Translations under genes and position numbers: made by a program
IMG/VR virus record: IMGVR_UViG_3300038450_000073
Coordinates: 1 to 53,866 of that record
Reading direction: 5' to 3' (one strand)
Source: a virus
Taxonomy: Duplodnaviria > Caudoviricetes
DNA: 53,866 bases
Shown here: one piece after another, positions 18,581 to 27,173 of the stretch
Position numbering within the stretch: position 1 is the first letter of the stretch
How the letters are laid out: each line of letters opens with the position of its first letter
Notes under the pieces: model-generated
The model's input: the letters and a program-made list of their open reading frames with translations, nothing else
Databases searched by the model: none
What the model was told of the DNA's origin: nothing

Positions 18581-18892
18581 ATGGAATCCCGCACGCAAGT
18601 ATCGGCGGAGTTCGACAGCGGTGCCCGGCTGACCGTCGATGTCCGCAAGGACGGCTACTCGGTCCTCGACCTGCTCGGTGCGAAGGACGTCACGGTCCAG
18701 GTGCAGGGCACCGGGACGCGCTACGTCACCGTCCGCGCCAAGGGCAAGTTCGGCCTCGCCGACGTGACGGTCCTGCTCCCGCTCGGTTACGCCGCCGCCA
18801 TCGGTGCCGCGGCCGAAGCGGAACTGGAACGGCTCGCCGGGTCCGCGGCGACGCTCGCGGCCGAGCGCGCCAGTGTCGGGGCGACGTCGTGA
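18581..18892 (+). CDS. hypothetical protein
   Basis: SD and codon pattern, first gene after the promoter. Confidence 0.65.
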   Translation: MESRTQVSAEFDSGARLTVDVRKDGYSVLDLLGAKDVTVQVQGTGTRYVTVRAKGKFGLADVTVLLPLGYAAAIGAAAEAELERLAGSAATLAAERASVGATS

Positions 18893-19152
18893 GCCGCGGC
18901 GACGTGGTGACTGTCCTCGTCGATTCCGGCGCGGGGACGACGCAGCAGTTCGAGGTCGAGGCGACCAAGAAAGGCCGCAAGGTCGAGGTGCGCGAGCAGG
19001 GCCGCACCACGTCCGTCGTCGAGATCGACCACGGCGGCAACACCGTCCGGACCAGCCGGTTCCGCAACGACCGCATCATCGCCCTCGTCGAGCACAAGGT
19101 AGACGAGGAGCCGGGTGCCGTACAGCCGCCGCTCCCCGGGGTGGCATTGTGA
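18889..19152 (+). CDS. hypothetical protein
   Basis: GTGA overlap, C-terminal part of ORF 18556..19152. Confidence 0.6.
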   Translation: MSRGDVVTVLVDSGAGTTQQFEVEATKKGRKVEVREQGRTTSVVEIDHGGNTVRTSRFRNDRIIALVEHKVDEEPGAVQPPLPGVAL

Positions 19153-19427
19153 CCGTCCTGACCATCGAGGACCGCGTCGCCCGCGGCATGGCGACCTACG
19201 ACGCGTTGCTGCCGGGTGCCACGCCCGAGCAGCGCGCCGCGGCCGAGGAGAACGTGCGCCGGTCCGTCGCGCGCGGCGACGACCTGCGCGGGGTCGGCAT
19301 CGCGCCCGTCGCCTGCCAGGCCAGCCCGGCGTTTGGCGCGGCAGTCTGCGCCCACGGGCGCAAGCCCGCCGAGTGCGAGGACTGCGCCCTCATCCGTGAC
19401 TGCAACGACCTGGAGGACGCCCGATGA
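19149..19427 (+). CDS. hypothetical protein with C-terminal Cys cluster
   Basis: GTGA overlap, CAHG...CEDC. Confidence 0.55.
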   Translation: MTVLTIEDRVARGMATYDALLPGATPEQRAAAEENVRRSVARGDDLRGVGIAPVACQASPAFGAAVCAHGRKPAECEDCALIRDCNDLEDAR

Positions 19428-20194
19428 CCCGCCCCACCTACTACAAATGGCTGTCGCCCCAGAACGCCGGCGTCTACGGCCACGGGGACTACACCGACCA
19501 CCTGCCGCACGGCAAGCGCCCTGGCAAGTGGCTGCCGCCCATTGCTGACCCGAGGCCATGCGCCCGCGGCTACCACGTCGTCACCGCGTCACACCTGTTC
19601 GACCACTGGGGCCGCGAGGGCTCGGTGCTCTACGTTGCCGAGGTGCGCGGGGCCATCGCCACCGACACCGACAAGCTCGCCTGCGAACAGACCCGACTGG
19701 TGGAACGCGTCGGTGTGCTCACGCGGGGCGTGCTCGTCACCTTCGCGGCCGACTGCGCGGCACGGGTCCTGCCGATCTTCGAGGCGAAGTTCCCCGACGA
19801 CGACCGGCCCCGCAAGGCCATCGAGGCCGCGAGATTGGGCGCCGCCGACGCCGACGCCGCCCACGCCGCCTACGCCGCCGCCAACGCCGCCCACGCCGCC
19901 TACGCCGCCGCCAACGCCGCCTACGCCGCCGCCGCCGCCGCCAACGCCGCCTACGCCACCGCCGCCGCCGCCAACGCCGCCGCCGCCGCCGCCGCCGACG
20001 CCCACGCCGCCAACGCCGCCGCCAACGCCCACGCCGCCGCCGACGCCGCCGCCGACGCCGCCCACGCCGCCGACGCCGCCGACGCCGCCAACGCCGCCGC
20101 CGCCGACGCCAAGGAGCGCGCCTGGCAGGGGCGGCACCTGCTGGCGCTGCTGAGAAAGGACGCCTGTGACCGATACGAGGAGGAGGGGCTGTGA
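19424..20194 (+). CDS. Imm5-like domain protein with Ala-rich low-complexity tract
   Basis: FAADCAARVLPIFE...DDRPRKAIEAAR motif. Confidence 0.6.
   Translation: MTRPTYYKWLSPQNAGVYGHGDYTDHLPHGKRPGKWLPPIADPRPCARGYHVVTASHLFDHWGREGSVLYVAEVRGAIATDTDKLACEQTRLVERVGVLTRGVLVTFAADCAARVLPIFEAKFPDDDRPRKAIEAARLGAADADAAHAAYAAANAAHAAYAAANAAYAAAAAANAAYATAAAANAAAAAAADAHAANAAANAHAAADAAADAAHAADAADAANAAAADAKERAWQGRHLLALLRKDACDRYEEEGL
19841..20110 (+). repeat. GCC/NAC trinucleotide low-complexity repeat
   Basis: About 90 codons, nearly all GCC or NAC. Confidence 0.9.
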
Positions 20195-21165
20195 ACGAGA
20201 CAGGAGAGGTCACCGAGACGGCCGTGGTGCCGTCGAGGGCCGGGTCGGCGCTGATCGTCCCGGCCGCGTCCGGGGCGCAAATACGGGCGCAGCAGGAGGC
20301 GTACCAGGAACTGGTGAAGGACCTCCTGGACGCGAAGGAGGACTACCAGACCATCGGCGGGAAGGCGTTCAAGAAGAAGTCCGCCTGGCGCAAGCTCTCG
20401 CTCGCTTTCGGGGTCGACCTGGAGATCAAGTCCGTCACCCACGACCGCGACGCGACCGGGCGCATCGTCCGCACGGAGGTCATCGCCCGGGCGACGGCAC
20501 CGAACGGGCGTTTCGCCGACGGCATCGGGTCGTGCAGCGTCCGCGAGAAGTGCTGCGCCGGGCAGGGGGTCTGCACGCGCCCCGAGCAGTACGCGGACAG
20601 CGGGAGACCGACCGGCCACACCCACTGCAAGCCGGACTGCCCGGGCTGGGTGCACTTCTCGCACGCCGAGCACGACGTGCCGGCCACGGCCGCGACGAGG
20701 GCCACGAACCGGGCCGCGTCCGACCTGTTCGCCGCGGGCGAGGTCTCGGCCGAGGAGATGGCCGACGGGGGGACCGGCGGACAGGCGGCCGACGCGGGTC
20801 GCGGGGACGACCGGCGCTCGCCGGACTACCGCGACGCAGGCCGCTCGGCCATCCAGAACGCGACCGCGAAGCAACTCGACACGGTGCTGAACATCGCCCG
20901 GCGCGAGAACCCGGACAGCCAGACGCTCGAAGGCGAGGCCCGCGAGGCGCGCGACTGGCTGACCGACCGCGCCGAGGGCGAGTGGCCGGTCACGGACGAC
21001 CTGGACCGCTGGCTGACCGCCAAGCTCGGCGTCGCGGTGACGTTCTCCGCGCTCACCAAGGCGCAGGCGTCGCTCATCATCGGCGGCGCGTCGAGCAAGG
21101 GGAGCAACGGCGGACGCAGCCGGTCGGTGCCGAACGAGCCGCCGGATGACGAGGAGCCGTTCTGA
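20191..21165 (+). CDS. putative ssDNA-annealing/recombination protein
   Basis: DYQTIG...KKSAWRKL...F...G.GSC...ATAATRATNRA...SAEEM fold pattern, acidic DDEEPF C-terminus. Confidence 0.5.
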   Translation: MNETGEVTETAVVPSRAGSALIVPAASGAQIRAQQEAYQELVKDLLDAKEDYQTIGGKAFKKKSAWRKLSLAFGVDLEIKSVTHDRDATGRIVRTEVIARATAPNGRFADGIGSCSVREKCCAGQGVCTRPEQYADSGRPTGHTHCKPDCPGWVHFSHAEHDVPATAATRATNRAASDLFAAGEVSAEEMADGGTGGQAADAGRGDDRRSPDYRDAGRSAIQNATAKQLDTVLNIARRENPDSQTLEGEAREARDWLTDRAEGEWPVTDDLDRWLTAKLGVAVTFSALTKAQASLIIGGASSKGSNGGRSRSVPNEPPDDEEPF

Positions 21166-21347
21166 TGGCGACGTGCGTGCTGTGCGGACACCCCGCCGAG
21201 CGCCATTGGGGCATCGGCGAACGGCGGTGCACGGTTGGCCGCGAATCGCCACAGGGCGAGGGGACGAAGGGCTACCCCGGCTGCGAGTGCCCTGGCCTAC
21301 TGCTGCCGCTAGGCGTCGCCCTCGACGCGTTCGAGGCTGCGCCATGA
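21165..21347 (+). CDS. small Cys/His-rich hypothetical protein
   Basis: C..CGH...H...C...C.C, coupled start. Confidence 0.55.
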   Translation: MATCVLCGHPAERHWGIGERRCTVGRESPQGEGTKGYPGCECPGLLLPLGVALDAFEAAP

Positions 21348-21474
21348 GTTCGCCGGGGCGGGCGTCAAAGCGTCCGACACAGCGCCAAGGCGGGGAGGGG
21401 CTCTTGACCTTTCTATGCCCCGTAGAGCCGCCTGCGCCCGCCCTGGGTACGTGTAACCGGGACAGGAGGGAGAC

Positions 21475-21747
21475 ATGGGCCTAGTCGCCGTCGAGCGCAC
21501 GCTGGCCGTCCCAGGCGTCGTCTGGGGGCCGCTCGCGCTGTGCACCGCCGCGGTGCTGGCTTGGCATCGCTGGGCCGCGCCCAGACTGGTCGCGCGTCGG
21601 CAGCGGAAGCGCCGCGAGGAGGTGGAGTACCAGCGCGTCGTGGCAGAAGTGGCCCGACAGTTCGACGACGTCCAGACCACGCTGTGGGCGACGTACGCGG
21701 CGTGTGAACGTGCCCGACGGGGCCGACAGGAAGGGATGAGGGGATGA
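21475..21747 (+). CDS. small membrane-anchored hypothetical protein
   Basis: SD aggaggg, one hydrophobic segment. Confidence 0.5.
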   Translation: MGLVAVERTLAVPGVVWGPLALCTAAVLAWHRWAAPRLVARRQRKRREEVEYQRVVAEVARQFDDVQTTLWATYAACERARRGRQEGMRG

Positions 21748-21992
21748 ACAAGAACCAGCGGGTAGCAGCCATCCTGGACCGAGCGGTGGACCGCCTTAGC
21801 GCGGACCCTTCCCTGTCCATCGTGGCCGCGCTGAACCCGCCCGAAGGGAAGCCCGGCCATCTGGAGGACTTCGTGATGGCGCTCAAGAAGGCCGGGCTGG
21901 GGAACCTCCCGGCGGATAAGGCGTGCGGCTGCGAGGCCGTAATCGGAGCCCTCCGCAGCGCTTCAAACGCGCTGAAACCGAGGCTGGCATGA
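21744..21992 (+). CDS. hypothetical protein
   Basis: ATGA overlap chain. Confidence 0.55.
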   Translation: MNKNQRVAAILDRAVDRLSADPSLSIVAALNPPEGKPGHLEDFVMALKKAGLGNLPADKACGCEAVIGALRSASNALKPRLA

Positions 21993-22273
21993 CCGTGTTC
22001 CGCGTGAAGGTCCTACCGCAGCAGCACTACGACCAGCCGCACCGCGAGGTCTCGGTCTGCGTGGTCGAGGGGGACGCGCTGCGCGGCTGCGGCGTGGTGA
22101 GGATGCGCCCCGACGAGGCGCGGGCGTTCGCCGCGTCGTTCGACGAGCTGGCCCTGTCGCGGGAGATTCTGAGCGAGGACCGGCTTTCGCAGCTCGCCAT
22201 CTCAGACGACATCGCTGGGCTACGGATGCTGTACCTCACCGCGCGTGGGCGGGCGACGGAGGGGACGACATGA
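21989..22273 (+). CDS. hypothetical protein
   Basis: ATGA overlap (MTVFRVKV...). Confidence 0.55.
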   Translation: MTVFRVKVLPQQHYDQPHREVSVCVVEGDALRGCGVVRMRPDEARAFAASFDELALSREILSEDRLSQLAISDDIAGLRMLYLTARGRATEGTT

Positions 22274-22593
22274 GCCGAGAGACAGCGCGGGTACGGCTGG
22301 ACATGGCGACCGAGGGGTTGCCGTGGATTCGACCGTGGCAGACGTGGCAGAGCCTCGCCATTCACTCCCCGGTTGGTGACGTCGCTTTCGCCGTGACGCA
22401 GGAGGTAGGGGACTTCATCGCCCACGCGCCAGAGGACCTGCGACTCGCGCTCGCCGTGGTCAACGCGGTGAGGTACGACCCAAAAACCGAGACAGGCCAC
22501 GGCCACGTTCACGGCATCGTGAACCTGTGCACCTGCGGCGCTGTTAGTTGCGCGGCCCTCGCCGCGCTCGACGCGCTGGAAGCGTCACTGTGA
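22270..22593 (+). CDS. hypothetical protein (Ead/Ea22-like motif)
   Basis: DFIAHAPEDLRL motif shared with 30156..30527. Confidence 0.5.
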   Translation: MSRETARVRLDMATEGLPWIRPWQTWQSLAIHSPVGDVAFAVTQEVGDFIAHAPEDLRLALAVVNAVRYDPKTETGHGHVHGIVNLCTCGAVSCAALAALDALEASL

Positions 22594-22598
22594 CAATG

Positions 22599-22612
22599 CC
22601 TAGACGTCTAGG
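22599..22612. promoter_or_regulatory. 14-bp palindromic site CCTAGACGTCTAGG
   Basis: Perfect copy upstream of the replication module. Confidence 0.8.
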
Positions 22613-22737
22613 CCATCTGCCGCGCCAAAAAGCCACGCGGTGTCCGTACGGGAGGCGTATGGTCGCGGGAGTAAAAGACGAAGCGGCCCGGGCTCGTCAT
22701 CCGGACCGCTTCTGAGACCAGAGGAGGTGTAGTCCTC

Positions 22738-23223
22738 GTGTCGAGAGTGATCCTAACAGGCATCCCGGGTGGTCAAGCGCCACGCTGGGGACGCCCCACC
22801 GTCTACAAAGGCATCCGGATGCGGTCGCGTCTCGAGGCGCGGTGGGCTGCATCCTTCGACGAGGAGGTCGTCGACCCGACCTGTTGGCTCGTCTCGTGGG
22901 AGTACGAGCCATGTGCTTTCGCCAACGAGTCGGACCAGTACCTCCCGGATTTCCGTCTTTCCTATCGGGGCGAGAACGGCGAGCCGGTCGAGAGCCAGTC
23001 GGGCACTGTCTACCTCGACGTCAAGGGGATGCTCGAAGACCCGTTCCCGGTCATGGCACGCATGGAGACGATCCTCTCGTCAGAGAGGGATGTTGGGCTT
23101 CACTTAATCGTCGGGTCGCCAGAGGAGCCTTCCCGGTGGTGGAGCGGCATTGTCGAAGACAATCGCCTTGCCTGGTACAACGTCAACGACTTCGATACGC
23201 CAGTCAGGATGCGCCCGCTATGA
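22738..23223 (+). CDS. PD-(D/E)XK nuclease
   Basis: YKGIRMRSRLEARWA...WEYEP...YLPDF...YLDVKG. Confidence 0.75.
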   Translation: MSRVILTGIPGGQAPRWGRPTVYKGIRMRSRLEARWAASFDEEVVDPTCWLVSWEYEPCAFANESDQYLPDFRLSYRGENGEPVESQSGTVYLDVKGMLEDPFPVMARMETILSSERDVGLHLIVGSPEEPSRWWSGIVEDNRLAWYNVNDFDTPVRMRPL

Positions 23224-23975
23224 GTGACGAGGGACGCGCCTACGTCAAGCTCTATTCAACCTTCACTGGCACGACATTCTGGGTGCATTACGTGTTCGGT
23301 GATATGGCAAATGCACAGCACCGATACGAGCTATTTTGCGGCGACGCGTATATCCGTCACGAATGGCGCGCCCTGTCCCTACGGGCGATCAAACGAGCAC
23401 GGGCCGAGCTGGTCGCGAGCGGACACCTCACGGTCATCGACGACCGACGCCACGCCGGGCACCCCGCCGTCTATCGCTTCGAGTTCCTGGGCCACGAGGA
23501 GATGCGAAAGACAACCGGGGACGATTTGGCCCCGGTACAGGGGCCAGACCGGCCACCAGCGGGGCCAGACTCGGAAACCTGTCCTCTTATAGGAACTGAA
23601 GGAACCAACACCCCAGAGAGTGACCCCTTCGACGAGTTCTACGCGGTCTACCCCCTGCACAAGGCACCGGACGCGGCGCGGCGTGCTTTCACCCGAGCGC
23701 TGAAGCGGGCATCCTTCGAGGAGATCATGAACGGGGCGCGGTGCTACCGCGATGACCCGGCCCGCAAGCCCGACTTCACGAAACACCCTGCGACCTGGCT
23801 GAACGCTGGGTGTTGGCAGGACTACGCCGACGACCCCGCGGGCCACGCCGAGGCGCTGCCACCTGGGGGCATCCGCCCCTTCCCGCCGGCCGAGGTCGGT
23901 CCGGACTTCTCCGTGGACGCCGACGCCCGCCGCGCCCAACGCGAGCGCCTGGCCGCGCTGAAGGCGGGGACGTGA
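23220..23975 (+). CDS. phage replication initiator (lambda O-like architecture)
   Basis: N-terminal wHTH-like region, C-terminal FDEFYAVYP..K...KHPATWLN...W.D domain. Confidence 0.75.
   Translation: MSDEGRAYVKLYSTFTGTTFWVHYVFGDMANAQHRYELFCGDAYIRHEWRALSLRAIKRARAELVASGHLTVIDDRRHAGHPAVYRFEFLGHEEMRKTTGDDLAPVQGPDRPPAGPDSETCPLIGTEGTNTPESDPFDEFYAVYPLHKAPDAARRAFTRALKRASFEEIMNGARCYRDDPARKPDFTKHPATWLNAGCWQDYADDPAGHAEALPPGGIRPFPPAEVGPDFSVDADARRAQRERLAALKAGT
23517..23610. other. putative replication origin (iterons inside the initiator gene)
   Basis: GGGGCCAGAC at 23540 and 23561 (21-bp spacing), an inverted partial copy at 23527, then an AT-richer stretch. Confidence 0.45.
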
Positions 23976-24568
23976 TGACCGACATCATGGCTGACGGACC
24001 GTTCCACGACAACGGCGATCTGATCGCCCACGTCGCCTCGCTCGGTTACATCGAGGGGCGCGTCCTCGATCTCACCTACGGGCGCGGGAAGTTCTGGACC
24101 GATTTCACGCCGGAGCGCCTGTGGACGAACGACATCGACGAAACGACCGACGCCTTTCTCAACCACGACTTCAGGGCGACCGGGTTCGAGACGGGCGCCT
24201 ACGACACGGTCGTCTTCGACCCGCCCTATCGCCTGCGCGGGACACCCTCGCTCGGCGAGATGGACGACAGGTACGGGACGACCGACCCCGCGACGCGTCG
24301 CGACGTCATAGCGCTGCTCGTCGGGGGCGCCGCCGAGGCGTGCCGCCTCTCGAACAAGTGGGTCCTCGTTAAGTGCCAGGACCAGGTCGAGGGGGGCCAG
24401 GTCCGCTGGCAGACCGACGTCGTCACTGCCGTCGCCTGGGCAGCGAGCTTCGACAAGGTCGACTGGTTTATCCTGAACGGCGGTCGTCGGCAGCCTGCAG
24501 GACGGTCCCAACAGCACGCCCGCCGGGAGTTCTCGACGCTCCTCGTGTTCCGGCGGAAGCCGCGATGA
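23975..24568 (+). CDS. amino-DNA methyltransferase (m6A/m4C)
   Basis: LDLTYGRGKFW (motif I) and VVFDPPY (motif IV). Confidence 0.75.
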   Translation: MTDIMADGPFHDNGDLIAHVASLGYIEGRVLDLTYGRGKFWTDFTPERLWTNDIDETTDAFLNHDFRATGFETGAYDTVVFDPPYRLRGTPSLGEMDDRYGTTDPATRRDVIALLVGGAAEACRLSNKWVLVKCQDQVEGGQVRWQTDVVTAVAWAASFDKVDWFILNGGRRQPAGRSQQHARREFSTLLVFRRKPR

Positions 24569-25095
24569 CCGTCGCCAGCCATCGGTTCAACAACGACCTC
24601 CGCTACCGCGACGCGGCCCACCCGAACAATACGCAGTTCACGCCTGCCTACGTGCTCGACGCCGTGCGAACGGTCCTCGGTGGCCGTATCGAGCTGGACC
24701 CGTGCACGACCGCCGACAACCCCGTGGGTGCGGAGCGGTTCTACTTCCCACCCGACATGGACGGGCTGGCCCTGCCGTGGGACGCCGCCACCATCTACGT
24801 CAACCCGCCCTACGGGAAGGCCCGCGAACCGTGGGTCGACCGCTGCATCGAAGCCATGACCGAGGGGAGCAAGGTGGTGCTGCTCATCCCGGCGCACACG
24901 GACACGAAGGTCTTTCAGAAGGCGTGGGCCAGTTCTGCTGGGGCTGTGTTTATCAAGGGCCGCGTGAAGTTCGGCACCCTTCGGCCGAACCGTCGCCAGG
25001 TCGCGGCGTCGCATCCCAGCGCGCTAATCGGCTGGAACGTCGAGCTTTGGCCAGCCGCGTACCTCGGATTTCAGGCGCACAATGAAGACTTCTAG
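24565..25095 (+). CDS. phage N6-adenine DNA methyltransferase (phage Dam family)
   Basis: TP...LDPC...DGLALPW...IYVNPPYG...LLIPA.TDT...GRVKF. Confidence 0.85.
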   Translation: MTVASHRFNNDLRYRDAAHPNNTQFTPAYVLDAVRTVLGGRIELDPCTTADNPVGAERFYFPPDMDGLALPWDAATIYVNPPYGKAREPWVDRCIEAMTEGSKVVLLIPAHTDTKVFQKAWASSAGAVFIKGRVKFGTLRPNRRQVAASHPSALIGWNVELWPAAYLGFQAHNEDF

Positions 25096-25459
25096 GCCCC
25101 TCCGTCGCACCCGCCTGCGCCCGCGCTCCGACAAGGCCATCGCCCGCGACGAGGCGCGCCGCGCCTGCGTGGCCGCGGTCATCCGCCGCGACAAGGTGTG
25201 CCAGTTCCAGCAGGCGGTAGGTGCGTATCCCGGGTACATCCGCGAACTGGAACTCCCGCCGTCATGGCGCGGGTGCGTCGGGGCGCTCGACGCGCACGAG
25301 CCCAGGGAACGCTCCCACGGGGCCGACCCGACCGACCCTGACCAGGCAGTATGTCTGTGCCGCAAGCACCACGACTGGGTGCACGCGCACCCCGCGGTCA
25401 GCTACCGCCTGGGCCTGCTGGTCCGGGGCAACGCCGAGCCGTACCGGAGGCGGGGATGA
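25082..25459 (+). CDS. HNH endonuclease
   Basis: RRDKVCQ...DAHE...RSHG...LCRKHHDWVH. Confidence 0.75.
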   Translation: MKTSRPLRRTRLRPRSDKAIARDEARRACVAAVIRRDKVCQFQQAVGAYPGYIRELELPPSWRGCVGALDAHEPRERSHGADPTDPDQAVCLCRKHHDWVHAHPAVSYRLGLLVRGNAEPYRRRG

Positions 25460-25663
25460 CACTGCGCCACGACTATTGGTTCTGCCAACTGACGTATTGG
25501 TGGCGGAAACACGCGCATGGCTCACCGGGGCTTTATTGCCCGTGCAGGTGTCACCGGAGGCGGGGATGACCTGGTTCATGGTCCAGGCGGCCGTTGACTG
25601 CATCCTTTTCGGCGGGGTGCTCTTACTGGCCTGGGCGGTTCAAGACCAAGGGAGGCGGGGCTG

Positions 25664-25861
25664 ATGTTCGCCAGCCGCGACGACCTGCTCCGCTGGGCGC
25701 GCACCGAGTGCCCCAAGGCCGTCCTGGAGACGGACCCGAGGACCGGCGAAATCTGGGTCGGGACGGGACTGGAGGACACCGCCGACCCGGCAAATCCGCG
25801 CCCGAAGCACGATTCGCGGCAAAGCTCTAGCAGACCCCCAAGGCAAGGAGACGCGACATGA
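25664..25861 (+). CDS. small hypothetical protein
   Basis: SD and coupled start. Two further tiny coupled ORFs lie at about 25456-25664. Confidence 0.45.
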   Translation: MFASRDDLLRWARTECPKAVLETDPRTGEIWVGTGLEDTADPANPRPKHDSRQSSSRPPRQGDAT

Positions 25862-25925
25862 CTACCTACCGTGGCAGGAGAAGCGAGGCAGCGAGAGGCA
25901 CCGAGACGGAAGAAGGGCGAGATGG

Positions 25926-26414
25926 GTGAAGGCGGCACGCCGCAGGGCGGCGCACACCCGGGCCGCGGGCCTTGTCCTAGCGGCGAGCATGATGATTTTC
26001 TCCGCTACTTCCTCCCCGGCGATGATGCGGACTTCGCCGGTTGGGCGCTCGTCTGCTGTCACTGTGGCGGCGTCGCTGCGGCCCTCCCCAGTCGTGTGGT
26101 CGGAGGAGCCGACGTGGTTGGGGCCGCTCAGGCACTACTCGCTGAAGCCGACGCCGCTGACACCCGAGCAGCAATGGCTCGCCACCCGGGCGGCCAAATG
26201 CGTGAAGTGGGCCGAGAGCCGGGACGAGTACCGGATCGGGGGCGACGAGCCTCACGGTGGCGCGTGGCAGTTCTCGGTTTCCACCTGGCATGGGATCGGG
26301 GAAAGCGGGATGCCGAACGAGGCGAGTCCGGCCGAGCAGGACGCCGCGGCCTACAAGCTCTGGCTCCTGGCGGGCTGGGACCAGTGGGAGACGGCGGCGG
26401 GATGCGGGGTGTGA
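25926..26414 (+). CDS. secreted Rpf-like lytic transglycosylase
   Basis: Signal peptide, then C...AES...GAWQFSVSTW.GIG..G.P..AS..EQ...A..L....GW.QW...C. Confidence 0.85.
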   Translation: MKAARRRAAHTRAAGLVLAASMMIFSATSSPAMMRTSPVGRSSAVTVAASLRPSPVVWSEEPTWLGPLRHYSLKPTPLTPEQQWLATRAAKCVKWAESRDEYRIGGDEPHGGAWQFSVSTWHGIGESGMPNEASPAEQDAAAYKLWLLAGWDQWETAAGCGV

Positions 26415-26432
26415 AATAGGTGGCGCCGGGCG

Positions 26433-26449
26433 CGGGAGTCGGCTACCGT
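26433..26449 (+). promoter_or_regulatory. 17-bp promoter element CGGGAGTCGGCTACCGT
   Basis: Third exact copy, followed by a cctggggaga leader as at 18560. Confidence 0.7.
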
Positions 26450-26478
26450 TAGAAGCATCCTGGGGAGAGGAGCACGGG

Positions 26479-26793
26479 ATGGGCGCAGAACCGCAGCATC
26501 GGCTACGGGTCCGGATGGAACTGGACGACGAGCACCCCTACATCGGCATCGTCTGTCCGTTCGACCCGGACGACCCGGCGCGGCCGTGCCTCATCATCGA
26601 CTGCCCGGTCTGCGTAGAGTCGGCAGCTCGGGAGTGCCTCGTGGAGCACGGCGCCACGGCCCAGTCCGGCTGCAACTTCCGGGAGTGGCACCAGGAGGAC
26701 GGAACGCGGATGAAGTTCCTAGTCGAACTGCCGATCACGTCCGTCGAGTGGACGGGAGAAGGCTACGACCTGATCGTGGAGGTGACATCGTGA
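26479..26793 (+). CDS. Cys-rich hypothetical protein
   Basis: SD gaggag, start MGAEPQH. Confidence 0.55.
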   Translation: MGAEPQHRLRVRMELDDEHPYIGIVCPFDPDDPARPCLIIDCPVCVESAARECLVEHGATAQSGCNFREWHQEDGTRMKFLVELPITSVEWTGEGYDLIVEVTS

Positions 26794-27173
26794 CCGCTGA
26801 ACCCCTGAGCAACGAGGAGCTGGCCGGGCTGCGGCGAGCGTGTCGAAAGGGCGTGACTGCGCCTGACAATCGCTTGGCGGCGCTGACCTACCGAGAGGCC
26901 CGTGGGCTGCTCACCACCATCGACGCCAGGGACGCCGAGATCGCGTCGCTGCGCGACTCGTGCGCCGAGGCGATCAACGTGGCGGTGCCGTTGAAATGGG
27001 ACCGTGACCACATGCTCCACGAGCTAAAGCGCATCGGCGAGATGGCTCAGGAAATCATCGACTTGCGACCGCCTCCGAGCCCAAGCACCGTCGCGTTGGC
27101 GAAGGCGGTTAGCAAGAGAGTCTCCGCTGGGCTTGCTTTACCGAACGTGTCGAACAACTGGGGGACCGAATGA
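26790..27173 (+). CDS. hypothetical protein
   Basis: GTGA overlap. Confidence 0.5.
   Translation: MTAEPLSNEELAGLRRACRKGVTAPDNRLAALTYREARGLLTTIDARDAEIASLRDSCAEAINVAVPLKWDRDHMLHELKRIGEMAQEIIDLRPPPSPSTVALAKAVSKRVSAGLALPNVSNNWGTE

Noticed and set aside
19841-20110. GCC/NAC tract as a diversity-generating retroelement variable region
   Set aside because: No reverse transcriptase or template repeat is present. Ala-rich tracts of this kind are explained by slippage.
22477-22486. Third in-frame GAC CCA AAA slippery-like site
   Set aside because: No meaningful alternative-frame product or domain boundary is evident.
22738-25459. Nuclease plus methyltransferases as a restriction-modification system
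   Set aside because: The nuclease and HNH types are common stand-alone phage genes and the initiator gene separates the PD-(D/E)XK nuclease from the methyltransferases.
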